This document shows positions 26,855 to 39,245 of a DNA stretch of 64,000 nt, one piece after another. The stretch lies in contig JBHGNT010000004.1 of assembly GCA_043228905.1 (NCBI GenBank), forward strand, positions 10,106,001 through 10,170,000, written 5' to 3'. The position numbers were made by a program, and so were the translations under genes. Numbering within the stretch: position 1 is the stretch's first letter; each line of letters opens with the position of its first letter. The notes under the pieces are model-generated. The model was not told the DNA's origin. It saw only the letters and a list, made by a program, of their open reading frames with translations, and searched no databases. This DNA is from Azolla caroliniana. Its lineage: Eukaryota > Plantae > Polypodiophyta.

Positions 26855-27392
26855 GTTTCTAATGCTGAAGCTCTTGTCGACGACTTCCATCACCGCTATC
26901 CAAACAAACCGGGCACTACATTGTTAACGTCGACTTCCACTCGTCGTTCTCGAAGGGGAGATAGTGTCATGAATACATAAACATCATGGCTTCACCTGTG
27001 CTTGAACCCAAGACCTTGTAATACATAATCAATAACCCCACCAATAAGATAACCCACGATCATATGAGATGATAAAAGCTACTTCTTGTAATACACTGAT
27101 TATTGTAAATACTCTGGAACATTCTAGAACATCTTAGAATATTCTAGGTGAAGAACATTCTAGAACATTATAGAAATCTCTAGGCTATTCTATGGGAACC
27201 TATAAATAAGGGCATAAATGAACTCTCAAATCAATTCGAATCAAAACCAGTCTTAAGCTCTCATCGCCTATGTTGTATCCATACTCATTATACTTTAATA
27301 CATTTATTCTTATCTTATCATTTCATTCCTCTCTTCTTGTGATCTCTTTATACCTTTATTCTGTCACTCTATCTTCTCTCTTGGTTGTGACA
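26855..27392 (+). mobile_element. Element G: 3' remnant of a Tcn1-like chromovirus (chromodomain tail, PPT, LTR 26965-27392)
   Basis: VSNAEALVDDFHHRYPNKPG, PPT GAAGGGGAGA, LTR TGTCATGA...TGTGACA, directly followed by element A integrase. Confidence 0.85.
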
Positions 27393-28431
27393 GTACCCAA
27401 CCTACTTGCCGGCTATACATTACAAGTGGATGGTAGATATAGTGGCAATGCCAATGGGGGTAGGTCAAAAGAAGTTCTTGGTACTTGTTAGAGAAGACCT
27501 TACAAATCAAGTTGAAGGAAGAGCACTAAGATCAAAGACCACGTCGCTAGTATGTCAATTCATATTAGAGGATATAGTATGTAGATATGGGTGTATAGGA
27601 AAGATAGTGGTTGATAGAGGTGAGCTCAATTCTGATGAAGCAAGGGAGTTCTTTGATAGAATTGGAATTCGGTTATCATTAACAACAACATATAATCCTA
27701 AGGCAAATGGAAAGATAGAAAAATGTCATAGCCCGATAGTTAAAGCACTTGCAAAGGCGTGCAAAGGTAAAGTAGGTAATTGGCCGAAGGTCTTGCCATA
27801 TGCATTGTGGGTGGATAGGACCACACACAGTTCGGTGACAAGATATATGCCTATAGAGCTCATGACATGACAAAGGCCGATGATGCCAATTGAAGAGAAG
27901 ATTGCTACATGGGCAATGCTACCATGGGAGTCGGAGATGAGTAGAGAAGACTTGCTAGCTGTTTGTATCCGACAACTACAATGTCAAGCAGAAGATGTAG
28001 AAAAGGCTGCTGAGAAATTGAAGGAAGCTCGGATAAAGAACAAAGCAAGATTTGACAAAGTAAACAGATTACGACCACGAAAGATTCAAGAAGGAGATTG
28101 GGTGTTGGTACTAGATAGTAGCCTTGAGAACTAGTACAGTATAATGAGGAAGTTCGCAAAATGGTGGTTTGGGCCTTACGAAGTACAGAAGGAGACTGAT
28201 AAGGCTACCTACTACTTGAACAAGTTGGATGGGACTGAGGTACATATGCCGATTGCGGGAAAAATAATAAAAAATTTTAAAAGAAGAGAAGACACCGAAC
28301 CTAATCTCATAAGAAATGAGGATGAAGAATTTTTCAAAGACAATCAAAATGGTGTGGTGTGAACTCACCCACAGGTGTGCAAGTTCAACGGGGGTGGGTG
28401 TCGTGAAGTTGTTACTTCACGATGTCAAAAC

Positions 28432-29149
28432 TGACGGGAACCCAACGCTCCTTATGCGCAACGCTCGGCCACAACTGAGCTTAGAATGATACACAGAAAA
28501 CGGGAAATAAAACACGACACAAAGAAGAGAAAGATACACATGAGGTTTACGTGGAAAACCCCAAACTAGGGGAAAAAACCACGGCAACCCACAGGCTGCA
28601 AACTGTCACTATGTAAGAATGTACAATAGTGAGTTCACTGAGGCAACGACCTCGTGCTCACAGATCTTCGCCATAGGCGGCGGTTACAATAGAGGCAACG
28701 ACCTCTTTCTTTCTCTCTCTCTCTGTACAGTTACGCACTCTCTCTTCTCTTGCACCAACAAGTGAATAGCAACAACAACAACAGTTACTAAAAGTTTGCC
28801 CTAAGTCATATTTATACTAATATGACTTTTCGGCTATTTACAAATATAGCCTCGATGAACTCTCAGAAAACATATTTACGAATATGTCTCTTCATCCGGT
28901 TCATACCAGGTCTGCACCATCCGGCTCTCCGTAGCCGGGTACTCCTCATCCGGTCTTCACCGGGTCTGTATCATCCGGCTCTCCGTAGCCGGGTACTCCT
29001 CATCCGGTCTTCACCGGGTCTGTATCATCCGGCTCTCCGTAGCTGGGTCCTCCTCATACGGTTTCGGCCGAGGCCTATCGGCCTCGGCCGAGTTCGTTCA
29101 TCAGCACTGTTCTTCTCCCTTCCCATTCGGAGGGACCTGTCTTCCAACA
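28432..29149 (-). mobile_element. Copia solo LTR related to element E
   Basis: TGACGG...CCAACA, perfect TSD AAAAC, clear similarity to E LTRs including the 54-bp repeats. Confidence 0.92.
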
Positions 29150-29776
29150 AAAACAATGTCAAAAATCTATAGAAGTACATTTCCCATATGGAGCTTATGA
29201 CGAGGAGCATATGCAAATTTTTGTTTCATGAATCGGATTTCAAGAGCCCAAGATACAAGCTTCGGAAGGATTAATGTTACTTGGGACACAAATGTAATTA
29301 TGTCAAAAGGGGGAGTCAAAATTAAATGAGGGTTATTTCTATAATTTCTCAAATTTACAACTACAAAATCGAATTTGTAGAATCAATAAATAAATAAAAT
29401 ATATATATATATATAAATACAACCGCCTACATGAGGCAGTTTGTCAACCGCCTCAAGAGGGTGGTAGGGCGGTTGACCACCCTATATAAGCCACGCCCAC
29501 GGTGGCTAAAGGGAGAGCGGGGAAAAGAGGAAGAGAAGGAAGAAGGAAGAAAAAGCGAGTGAGGAAGCTCGTATGGGTGTGGGATGCACAGCTCACCAAA
29601 GAAGATGGTGGCTTGCATGAACAAAGAAAAACTTAAAGAAAAGAAACTAAAAAGGAAAGGAAGAACTTGAAGTGGTGTGTCACAAATGCTTCTCTACAAA
29701 TGCTTCTCTCAAAACAACTTCTTTCGGTAAACAAATTTTGTAATATAAATTTGTTTTATATAAGGGTGAAAGCATG

Positions 29777-29857
29777 CGAAAAAGCTACCATTGATAAATT
29801 AGCTATGCAAAAAGCTACCATTGATAAATCAGCTATGCAAAAAGCTACCATTGAAAA
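29777..29857. repeat. 30-bp tandem repeat (~2.7 copies)
   Basis: GCAAAAAGCTACCATTGATAAATYAGCTAT repeated. Confidence 0.8.
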
Positions 29858-30040
29858 TAGTAGAGAGTTTTAATTATATAAATGAGCACCATAAATGTGC
29901 AACATAAATTGATATGTGCACCATAAATTATATACCGAATTCCTAGGTCCATTATGCATGATCCTTTGCCACATCACGTGGGCCATCTTTGGTTGAGTAT
30001 TCTAGCTTAGATTACTACCACTATTGGTAAACCCTATTGA

Positions 30041-30670
30041 GTCCACTCCTCCATTGTCGCCATTCTGCACTCAGTTACCGGCACTGTGTGGTCCAAGTAT
30101 CATCTGACACTGTTCGATCCGACAGAGTTCACTCCTCCATTGCCGCCACTGTACACTCAATTGCCACTATTGTGAAGATCGTATATTGCTGCCACTTTTC
30201 GCTCCGACGGAGTTAACTCCTTCTCCACTGCCTCCATTCTACTCTTAGTTGTTATCATTGTGCGTTCCAAGCATCATCTGCCACTATTCGATCTGACGGA
30301 GTTCACTCCTCCATTGCCATCATTCTACACTTAGTTGCCGCTACTATTCGACGACCGGTCCTGGATTGCTGCTACTTTTCGATTTGACGGAGTTCACTCA
30401 TCCATTGCCATCATTCTACACTTAGTTGTCCCTATTGTTCGGTCGTGTATTGCTGCCACTTTTCAATCCGAAGGAGTTCACTCCTTCTCCATTGTTGTCA
30501 TTCTACTCTCAGTTGTCGTCATTGTGCGTACCAAGCATCGTCTGCCACTGTTCGATCCGACGGAATTCACTCCTCCATTGTCATCATTCTACACTTAGTT
30601 GCCGCCATTGTTCGGTCCTGGATTGTGAAAATTGTTCGATCAAATGGAGTTTACTCCTCCATTGCCTTGT
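30041..30670. repeat. Diverged ~87-bp tandem array (~7.5 copies) upstream of transposase-like ORF
   Basis: GAGTTCACTCCTCCATTG core recurs near 30044, 30131, 30216, 30305, 30396, 30480, 30569, 30654. Confidence 0.8.
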
Positions 30671-30826
30671 GTATTGTTGTGTATAATCTTGTGTATTGCG
30701 GAATATTTTTGTGTATTGTTGTTGCCCATAGCCATCTTTAATACGTGTCTTTTTTTTGGGGAAATTAGGGTTTAAACTCGTCAAGCCAAATGGAAGGGGA
30801 AGGAGGGTGTTTAGAATTACCCCTCA

Positions 30827-32555
30827 ATGATCATTAGGAAAGGGATGACGCTATTAGGACACAACAAGCGATACGAAAGTATCGGACAGAAAAAAAAAAA
30901 AAAACATCGTCAATTGTTGAAGGATACGAAAGCCACACTCACTAAAGGCAAAGATAGTATTGGTTGGTATATAGGTCTAAATATCACTGAGAATGAAAGT
31001 AATGAGACTACTATCATAGAGAGAAAGGTTGTAGACTATTTCAATGTTCAAACCAAGCACATCAGTAATGAAGACAAGAAGGTAGTACTTTATGGAATAT
31101 TAAATTATCCATCAATAAAGGAGTTAGTTGATTGTGATGGTCTTAATGCAAACATAACATCTGTACTAGTAAATAATCTCCGTAACAGTTTCGTATCCAT
31201 GAGCAGGTCAGAAGATGATCTTGTCTTAAAAAGGTCTAGTCTAATGATGTTACTTAATAGTGACGTTGACGATATTAACATCATTGTGCTATCCAAGGTA
31301 ATTGGTGTTAGTAGAAAAAGTGTGTACAATACATTGAACCGGATAGTTTCCTCAAGTGAAGGAACTAGTCTGCTAAAGCTAACAACAAGATGTAAGCCAA
31401 TGACACCCATAACATCAGAAATCAATGATATAATCACAATATTTTGGACTAATGAGAGTAGGGTTTCACCCAATAAGAAGGATTTATGTAGGAAACGTGT
31501 TGGAAGGAGTCAATACGAGGAGCATCCCATTCATCTTCTTGATGTACCTCAGGTATTTACATTTATCTCAACATTTGTTTTGACTATTGAGCTTAGTTAG
31601 TTAGCTTATTAGCTACCTCTGAATATGATCATACCCGAATAGCTAATTACCTACCTTAGAATATGACCATAGCTAACTAGCTACCAGTAATAGCTAATTA
31701 GCTACCAAAATAGCTAATTAGCTCCCTAAGTATATCGAACATAACTATTTAGCTACCATAATAACTAATTAGCTACCATTCATAGCTATTTAGCTACCAC
31801 AATAGCTAATTAGCTGCCTTTAACAATAGCTAATTAGCTACTAGAATTGCTAATCCTCTATTGGAATAGCTATTGTACTAAACTATGATAGTAGCTAATT
31901 AGCTACCATTTAGCTAATTAGCTATTGTATTAAACTATGGTAGTAGCTAATTAGCTATCACTTAGCTAATTAGCTACTCAACTAAAGTATGGTAGTAGCT
32001 AATTAGCTAAGGTTTAGCTAATTAGCTATTGTACTAAATTATGGTAGTAGCTAATTAGCTAAGTGGTAGCTAATTAGCTACTGTACTAAACTATGGTAGT
32101 AACTAATTAGCTACCACTTAGTCATAGAGCTAATCAATATGTCCATTTTATTACGCAGGTCGATTTATTTATTAGGTTCAGGCGAAATGCATCCAAATAT
32201 CAAAGTTCAACTACGAACATTTGAGTCTCTTAAGCCACACTTTGTGAGACGCTTGAAGGATCGATACACATGTTGTTGCATTTACCATGTACAAATGGGT
32301 TTTCTCAAGGACTCTGTTAATCTACTACGTCACCATAGCACCTCCCTAACAAATGCAGTTTGCACTTGTGTGTGCCCAATTTGTCGATTGAGCCCGCATG
32401 AGCACTGTAAATCATCTAAGCATGTTATCTCTTCCATGAGTTGTCTTTTAGATTTAGTATTGTGTCCGACAGAAACTGAGGCCATCTTCCACAGTCATAA
32501 ATGTGTCATGGGTTTATATCAAGATTGTGGCCCTAGTAGATTTAGGTGGTGTCCA
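30827..32555 (+). pseudogene. Truncated DNA-transposase-like gene with one intron (31553-32158), superfamily unresolved
   Basis: HTH-like LSKVIGVSRKSVY, GT..AG intron, then (after a 1-nt frameshift) HPNIKVQLRTFESLKPHFVRR..RYTCCCIYH and further Cys/His clusters; cut off by a LINE fragment at ~32556. Confidence 0.55.
31595..32135. repeat. Array of palindromic TAGCTAATTAGCTA units forming an imperfect fold-back inside the intron
   Basis: Many copies of the 14-bp perfect palindrome; left half units end ..AGCTACCA, right half units begin TGGTAGTAGCT.. (inverted arrangement). Confidence 0.85.
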
Positions 32556-33428
32556 AATTATGGGTTTATTTGGCAACAACTACAAAATATTGCATTGATG
32601 CAAGGTCACTTACCTCTACAAATAGGAGAACAACCATGGCTTGATTGGTGTTTAAAGTGTCAAACGTCATTGTTACAAGTGACTACTAATCTTTTGTATC
32701 ATTGCTCTGTTGAGTCTCTTGGATGGTTATCATCTAAGGCTGAAGAAGAATGGAGATTACACAAATCTGATCATGGGTGGTGGCAAATCATACAATGTAG
32801 TTGGCATTCTAAATTGCCACTTGTGGCAATGGTCTTCATTTGGAGAGTTTTGATTGGAGGATTGCCTTTGGGACTAGCTCTAAAGCGTCATGGATTAGCA
32901 ATGGGTGATTGTTTCTTTTGCACTATTCAAATGGAAGATAGTACTCATTGATTTATACAATGTTTGATTGCTTGTTAAATTTGGAGTTACATTTCTCAAA
33001 TTTGGCAAGTTTTATCACAGTGTTCTTTGACACCGTGTCAATGGGTGTTTGCACAATTTACACAGGTTGACCCAAAATCAAAGATGGAGATCGTTTTTCT
33101 ATTTCTGAGATATTGGGGATTGCGTCATAATTGGATTATGCACAACATTTTTGTATTCGACGGTAGACATGGAGTGAAAGCATATTTAAGAAAATTGAAG
33201 GGAGTACTAATGTGGCAATTTTCTTTATTGGAGCAAGTGGAAATTCTTTCCTTGGTGGAGTGTTCGTCTTGCCTATTGGCAATTCAACATGTTCCACTAC
33301 CCGTGTAGTGTAGTTAATGGGTGACCATACTCCATTGTCACACCTATTGTAAGTAGTGTTTTTTACACACATTTATTAATATAATTGTGTGTTTTCACCA
33401 AAGAGAGAGAGAGAGAAAGAGAGAGAGA
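32556..33428 (+). mobile_element. 5'-truncated copy of the L1/Tx1-like LINE (zf-RVT end, 3' UTR, (GA)n tail)
   Basis: Near-identical to the reverse complement of 51396-52262; ends CACCAAA(GA)n. Confidence 0.9.
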
Positions 33429-34215
33429 AAATGAGTGCAGACAACCAAAAACTCTATTACAGTAATGCTTAGTACATTACACACAACTTAAGTGCACTTT
33501 ATATATACATGCCCTTCTGTCAAGGTTGTTATGAAGTACTGACATGTACTTCAATGTTCTTAAAGTAGCATCTGACACGGATTGCCTACGTTGGACCTAT
33601 TTAATAAAATAGGTCTACATGACACATGTGACGTTTCAGACAACTTCCTTAGCTGCTCCATCATCCGGATTCGACATTCACTCTGGCATGCAGATCCGAT
33701 ATCCGGCATATGTTCCAGAAACTTGGCCTAGCAAATCGGATCGATTCCAGTTTGACCTACCGGCTTGTCCAACCGATCCGGCCCATGTTGATCGTGCTCG
33801 ATCAACAATTATAAATCATACTCCTAGAATTTATGGCTGACTTACAAGTGTTTTCTAATGTAGGACCAAACCCTACGAGATGTATACTTATAAAACTTGC
33901 TAGCTTTAGATGATTACAAAACTAATATTCTTAGATCATATCATAGATATTGTTCTGAGATTTGAATCAAGCCATAGAGATGGTGTTAGAGTCTAACTAA
34001 TTAAGTAAGAAAAAGATAAGGAATTATTGACCAAAGACCGTAAAGATGGGTGCCAAACCACCCATCCACCCCCTAGCAATGACATGAGACAGACCTAAAC
34101 CTCCTCGATATCCCATACCATTGAGGCTAGATGTGAGCCGTACCTTGGGTCCTGCGAGGATCGCACGTGCTTAGCTAACAAGATCCATAATCATAGAAGT
34201 GTAGAAGGAAAGATG

Positions 34216-34940
34216 TGATAGATAGATAGATAGATTATATTATCATCTTCAGAGGTCAAATATGACCAATGAGACCAAAAAAATTACATTTCACGTGATA
34301 CGTGTGAAAGTGAGTAGCGACTCTCGATGTTCAAGAACTTTACCAATGAATGTTTGCAATTGAGAGTGCACATTGTGGTTGTGAGAGAAATTCATGCAAG
34401 GATTGGGCTTGGTCAAAGATGTGTGGAAAGGATGGTCGAATATGATCAAAGGCAGAGCATTGTATCAAAATGTGATACTCAAACTCTCGAACTTGTTTAG
34501 GGCAAAGAGTGCATAGTCGACCACTCTCATCACTTGTGCCCCAACGCCCCATCTCACATCGCAATGCATGAGAGCTAAGTCGCATGGAAGCAATGGTTCG
34601 AATGGAAGCCATCATGGGTTCTAATATGTATCGATGTGTACGGTTTCCCTGTTCCGTGAAGAATATGGTTTTGTAGTTAGGTGCAACATGTGTAGTATAA
34701 TGTATGAAGCGTGAGCCTCCACATTTTCCCCATGTCATGATACATTTACGTTGCAATAAGGCCTCATTTACAGAGGAATCTAGTGATGCATCATGAAGTA
34801 AATGTGTTGCATCCCATCTACCAAACCAATTTTTCATATCTTGCATCCAACCGGAACACAAAATGTGAGAAGCAAATGTGAGAAGCCCAAACGGAGAGAC
34901 GATCCCAAAAAAAGGATGTAATGTGATTGAGATAGTGGGA
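34216..34940 (-). mobile_element. 3' fragment of a second non-LTR retrotransposon family with (ATCT)n tail
   Basis: ORF 34340-34861 RLSSHALRCEMGRW..RLCTLC..EYHILIQC, typical C-terminal CCHC region of LINE ORF2; GATA microsatellite at its 3' end. Confidence 0.7.
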
Positions 34941-34946
34941 TGGAAA

Positions 34947-34982
<36 letters not shown>

Positions 34983-34989
34983 GGATTCC

Positions 34990-35192
34990 ATACTCCCGTT
35001 GGTAAGGTTGCCCAATGGAGACCATGTGGTCATGGGTTCAACCCCTACATTCCAGAGTGGCATCTAGTGAATTAAGAGATATATAAGGATTATATAATAG
35101 AGAGGTGAGGAAGTTGGGTTTCAAACCCACAATGTAGTGCTTATAGTGCTAACAACTTACCACTAGGGTAAGGTAATTACTATAAAAAAAAA
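34990..35192. mobile_element. Putative tRNA-derived SINE-like insert with two convergent A/B-box modules
   Basis: TGGTAAG..35 nt..GGTTCAA on +, TAGTGGTAAG..35 nt..GGTTTGAA on -, poly(A) 35184-35192, flanking direct repeat (GA)n-GATTCCMTACTCC at 34984 and 35203. Confidence 0.45.
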
Positions 35193-38100
35193 GAGAGAGA
35201 GAGATTCCCTACTCCAATAATAAGCTTTAAAAAAGTCAAAATCAAAGTTTGAACAATAGGAACTTGGGAAGAAAGTGTATGAAAAATGAGTGGGAAATTT
35301 TTAAGTTTAAAATTACACCTAAGGTAGCGTGCAATTTCAAGTAATAAGCAATTTTCTATAAAAACTAGCTAGCTTTCTACATATTGTTAGGCCAAGAATA
35401 GTTAGTTTGACAACGATACTCGCCTAACTTGCCATGGATAGGGTATACAATGGTGTGGATTCTTTGACAAATGATATTGTCATTGAGACATAACTCTGTC
35501 AATACAAAAATGTGCGCTTAATGAGAACACCTAGAGTCTAAACAAAGAACCTCAAAAGATTTTTGTCATTGACATGCCACTCGGAAGCTTCAACGAAGAG
35601 GGATGAGTATCAACAATCATACCCCCTATTGCACTTGAATCAAAGAAGGATTATGTTATAGTTGCCACCACGATGTTGTTGACTACATTGCTCTAATTTT
35701 TCATTGTAAACACATACTTTATGTACCACCTTTACATGCTCCACTCCTTCACAAGAATGCACATTGTTTATCGATACATGGTGTATAAGTATCAAGAGCA
35801 TCAAAGAAAGGGACAAACTAGAGCTATTTTAATTTGATAGAGTACTATCGCAACCTTAAGGTTTCACATTTGACTTATACAATACAATTCTAATGGATGT
35901 GATGTATGCACATAATGCATGTTGATTCTTGTTCAAAAGGAATCAATATGATTTTATAATAAAGGACAATACACACATGCTAAATCATCACATGGAAGCT
36001 TTAGGTTTATAATCGTGCATGAGAAGTTTGAAGGCTCAAGGACTCCTTGCATAGCCCTCGGACCCTCATATGGGTTTACTGAAATTTATCACGATCACCC
36101 TTCATGGAGCTAGATTCACATTAATCATTCACAATAACATTTGGCACCTAAAAGAATGGCTTTACAACATTCACATTTATTTCTTGTGACATGAGTAAAA
36201 ACCAGAATAGTGATAAATTATAATATGTGTGCACCAAAGCATCTATTAAACTTTATCTTAATTTGAATGTTCAACCATTTAAGATAGGTTGGTGCGTGTT
36301 GGCCAAAAGTTTGTTGAAAAACAAGTTTCGTCATATTTCAATTCCATATTCTAATGAGATTGTGTAATCATTTATTTACATTGAATTCTATTAACACATG
36401 TAGTAGGTGGTCGCAAATTCCTTTTTTGCCCATTTCATCTTTGGGTACATCATGAGAAAAACCATCGGCTATGTTGAAATGTTTTTTTGTGAGTAATCGA
36501 TTCCAAACACTTGACCAAATGCATGATTAGTAAAAAATCAGGGTGGATTGAGCAAACTTTCATCGATCCTATTTTCTTCTTCTACATATGTGTATTATAT
36601 TTCATACTTACGTCTACATATATGAACATAACGGGCATTAACAAAGTTGATTGGTAATCAATAATTCCAAATTTCTGCATTTATCAATAGTGTACATTTT
36701 AGTGAGAGTAGAGTTATGAATGGAGAGGGGGGATGACATCTAGAGAGCAATGTTATTTGTTTAATCAAATTGAGAGTATATCACTAAAGTGCATTGTCTA
36801 CATTACTTCTTCTTTTAACCAAGGGTAGTTTTGAATTACCGCTAAGATACGATGATTATTTTTCATATTGAGTCACTTGAATACGTGCATCATGAACATT
36901 GAACGTAGATGCCAACTCTACACATTGCATATGTCAAATACATGGATATTTACGTAGAAAGAAAATGGTGCACAAATATTTGGCATCTATTCTCTATTTT
37001 GTACTTCAAACCTTTTGCAATAAGACGATGTCAATGTGTCATGGACGTGCAAATCATTCGGCAAATTAGTTACAAAGTCATCTAAAAGTAATACTTATTG
37101 ATTGTGATGCCAACATCTTCTTATACATAGTTGATCACGCTCACCAAGTTGAATATTTCTATTGCATTTTGACTACAACATATAATTTCCTCCTTTTGAT
37201 AACCACATGGAAGACGCACAATCCCAATACATACTTTTTGATAGCATGCATTAGCATGTGAATCATAGCACTAAAGAGAGTAGTGTGTTGCCTATAATTA
37301 ATGGTGAAATTATATTTAATGTTTAAAACAAATAGGGATGAGACCACACATTTCATTTTCTTTTGTAAATTAATAATCAATTATCATGAGTGTTGATATA
37401 TATTAGAAGTTACAACTGGGTCATGTGCTTAGAAATAAATTATGATATTCTTTTGATCTTTTCTACTGAAGATAAACGGTTGTCTTCAAATAGACACCCT
37501 ATATTGGGAAGATTGACAAATTCCCTCTTGTCTTTGTCCAAAGTAAGTGATAGGCGATAAGCATGCATATGTTCAACACATGCATACAACCATTGGACAT
37601 TAGTCATTGACTAAGATTTGTGTTGGGTGTCCAGCGGAAAACTCATACAAGATGGCACTTTTAGGTTATTAAAGTAAAATCACACAAGCATACATTTAAT
37701 ATATTTGAAAATTTGTATATAGAAAGATCAGTTGCTAATTCTCTCTTCAAAGAAGGTTGGCCGAATAGTTTAAAGTGTGGCATTAGAAATGCTTGTGTTT
37801 GCATCCCCCCCTTCCTTCCCATGATTACCTCATCCACTATTTGATGAAAAAAAAGCTAAAGCCATTGCCTTTCATAACAAGTAAGTAGACAAATTAAATT
37901 GGTTTAACAAACTCACGATATTTAGCAAAAATACTTTCACATGCGTTGATTGATTGGCTCGGTTGAAAACAATGGACTTCGCAAATCTTTCAAGTGATGC
38001 AAGCATAATCATAGACATATTGGATAAACAAGCCCACAATACAAAGTGGATGAACTTCACTACTAAGTTATTAGGTTATATATAGGAAGTCGTGGAATCA

Positions 38101-39245
38101 ACTTCTTGCATGTATCATTGTTGCACCATACATTGCTTCTACTAAAAACTACATGCCACCTCTAAGTCTCCAAACAATTGACTTGGTCTCTCTCTAGCCA
38201 TTGAAGGGTGTTACAATTTCAACATCTTTGCCACCACCTCTGTCTAGGTGTCTCTCTCGCCTTTGAGGATGTTAAAATTTCAACATCATCTCTCTCTCTC
38301 TCTCATGTTAGAGCATCAATGTCAACATTAACATTAACAAGAGTATTGCCTTTGTGGGCATTTCGGTCTTAGAAGACGTTAATCTCTTCAGTCTCAGTCT
38401 CTCTTGGATGTTAGAGCATCAACCTCAACATTAACATTAACAATAGTACAACATTCGTGGGCTTATAAAACCCCACAAGAAATCACTCGTCTGTACCAAG
38501 AGGCCACTTAGAAGAGTCTACACGAGAGTTGTGTCACACTCGCTCACTCACACATTAAGCAGGGAGGCCATGGGTATATATATATATATGCACCCACGAG
38601 TACTACTGCTGGGACAGGGTGTGTGTGTGTGTTGGCCCACGTCTCTTGATTGAGTGAGAGAAAAAACCAATGAGAAGAGAGAGCAGAGCAACCCATCCAT
38701 CCATCCATCCATCCATCCATCCATCATGTTAACACAAGAGAAGTAGAAGATGTTTGTCTCATTTTGTGGGGAAAAAAGAAGGAGAAGATGAATGAAGGTA
38801 GCTAGTAGCTATTGTGATTGATGATGTTAAAAAAGAAAATTGAGTGTCTTTAAGTCTCCTGCATGCTGCAAGTGAGACAGAGAATGTAGAAGAAGAGAAG
38901 AGAAGAGAAGAGAAGAGAAGAGAAAAGAAACGCAAAGTTGTGTGAATGAAGAACTCCCACAGACAGACGCATCAGAGAAGGGCGAAGGGAGAGATAGAGA
39001 GGAATGAAGGCAACCCTCGTAAAGAGCACAGAGCCTTTGTGGCTATGGCGCTTCCCATTTCATACCTCCTCACATACCCCCCTCCCTCATCCCCCATCAA
39101 TATAAGCCGACCCTCTCGTAAAACAAACTGACACACACGCTTAAGCGCCTGGTCTCTAGACAGATCGATATTTGAACTAGGGTTTTTTTGAAGAGTAGGC
39201 ATCTTTTATATGTTTTGTTTATAAATCATACTGTGATGATACATT

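Larger units (their letters stand above)
1..29684 (+). mobile_element. Element A: degenerate non-chromovirus Ty3/Gypsy LTR retrotransposon, host of the nest (pieces 1-1376, 6892-8738, 27393-28431, 29150-~29684)
   Basis: Degenerate Cx2Cx4Hx4C knuckle near 295-345, protease-like LIDHDSEINI near 1210-1240 continuing in frame across the B insertion (IGNV|SVDQNFFVQ), RT motifs (DLYSGYDQ, LPQGATNS, PFLDD) 7705-8619, integrase 27406-28362, G-rich PPT then TG start of 3' LTR at 28399. 5' end is off-window and the right LTR end is uncertain. Confidence 0.8.

Noticed and set aside
32139-32951. 270-aa ORF as a novel fusion protein
   Set aside because: Chance in-frame join of transposase remnant and truncated LINE; upstream frameshift, no sign of function.
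35300-38100. Possible old DNA-transposon coding debris
   Set aside because: No recognisable motif, termini or ORF by eye.
38690-38930. (CCAT)n and (GAAGA)n tracts and a ~100-bp local duplication near 38300-38460 upstream of the RING gene
   Set aside because: Ordinary promoter-proximal microsatellites and duplication with no further signal.
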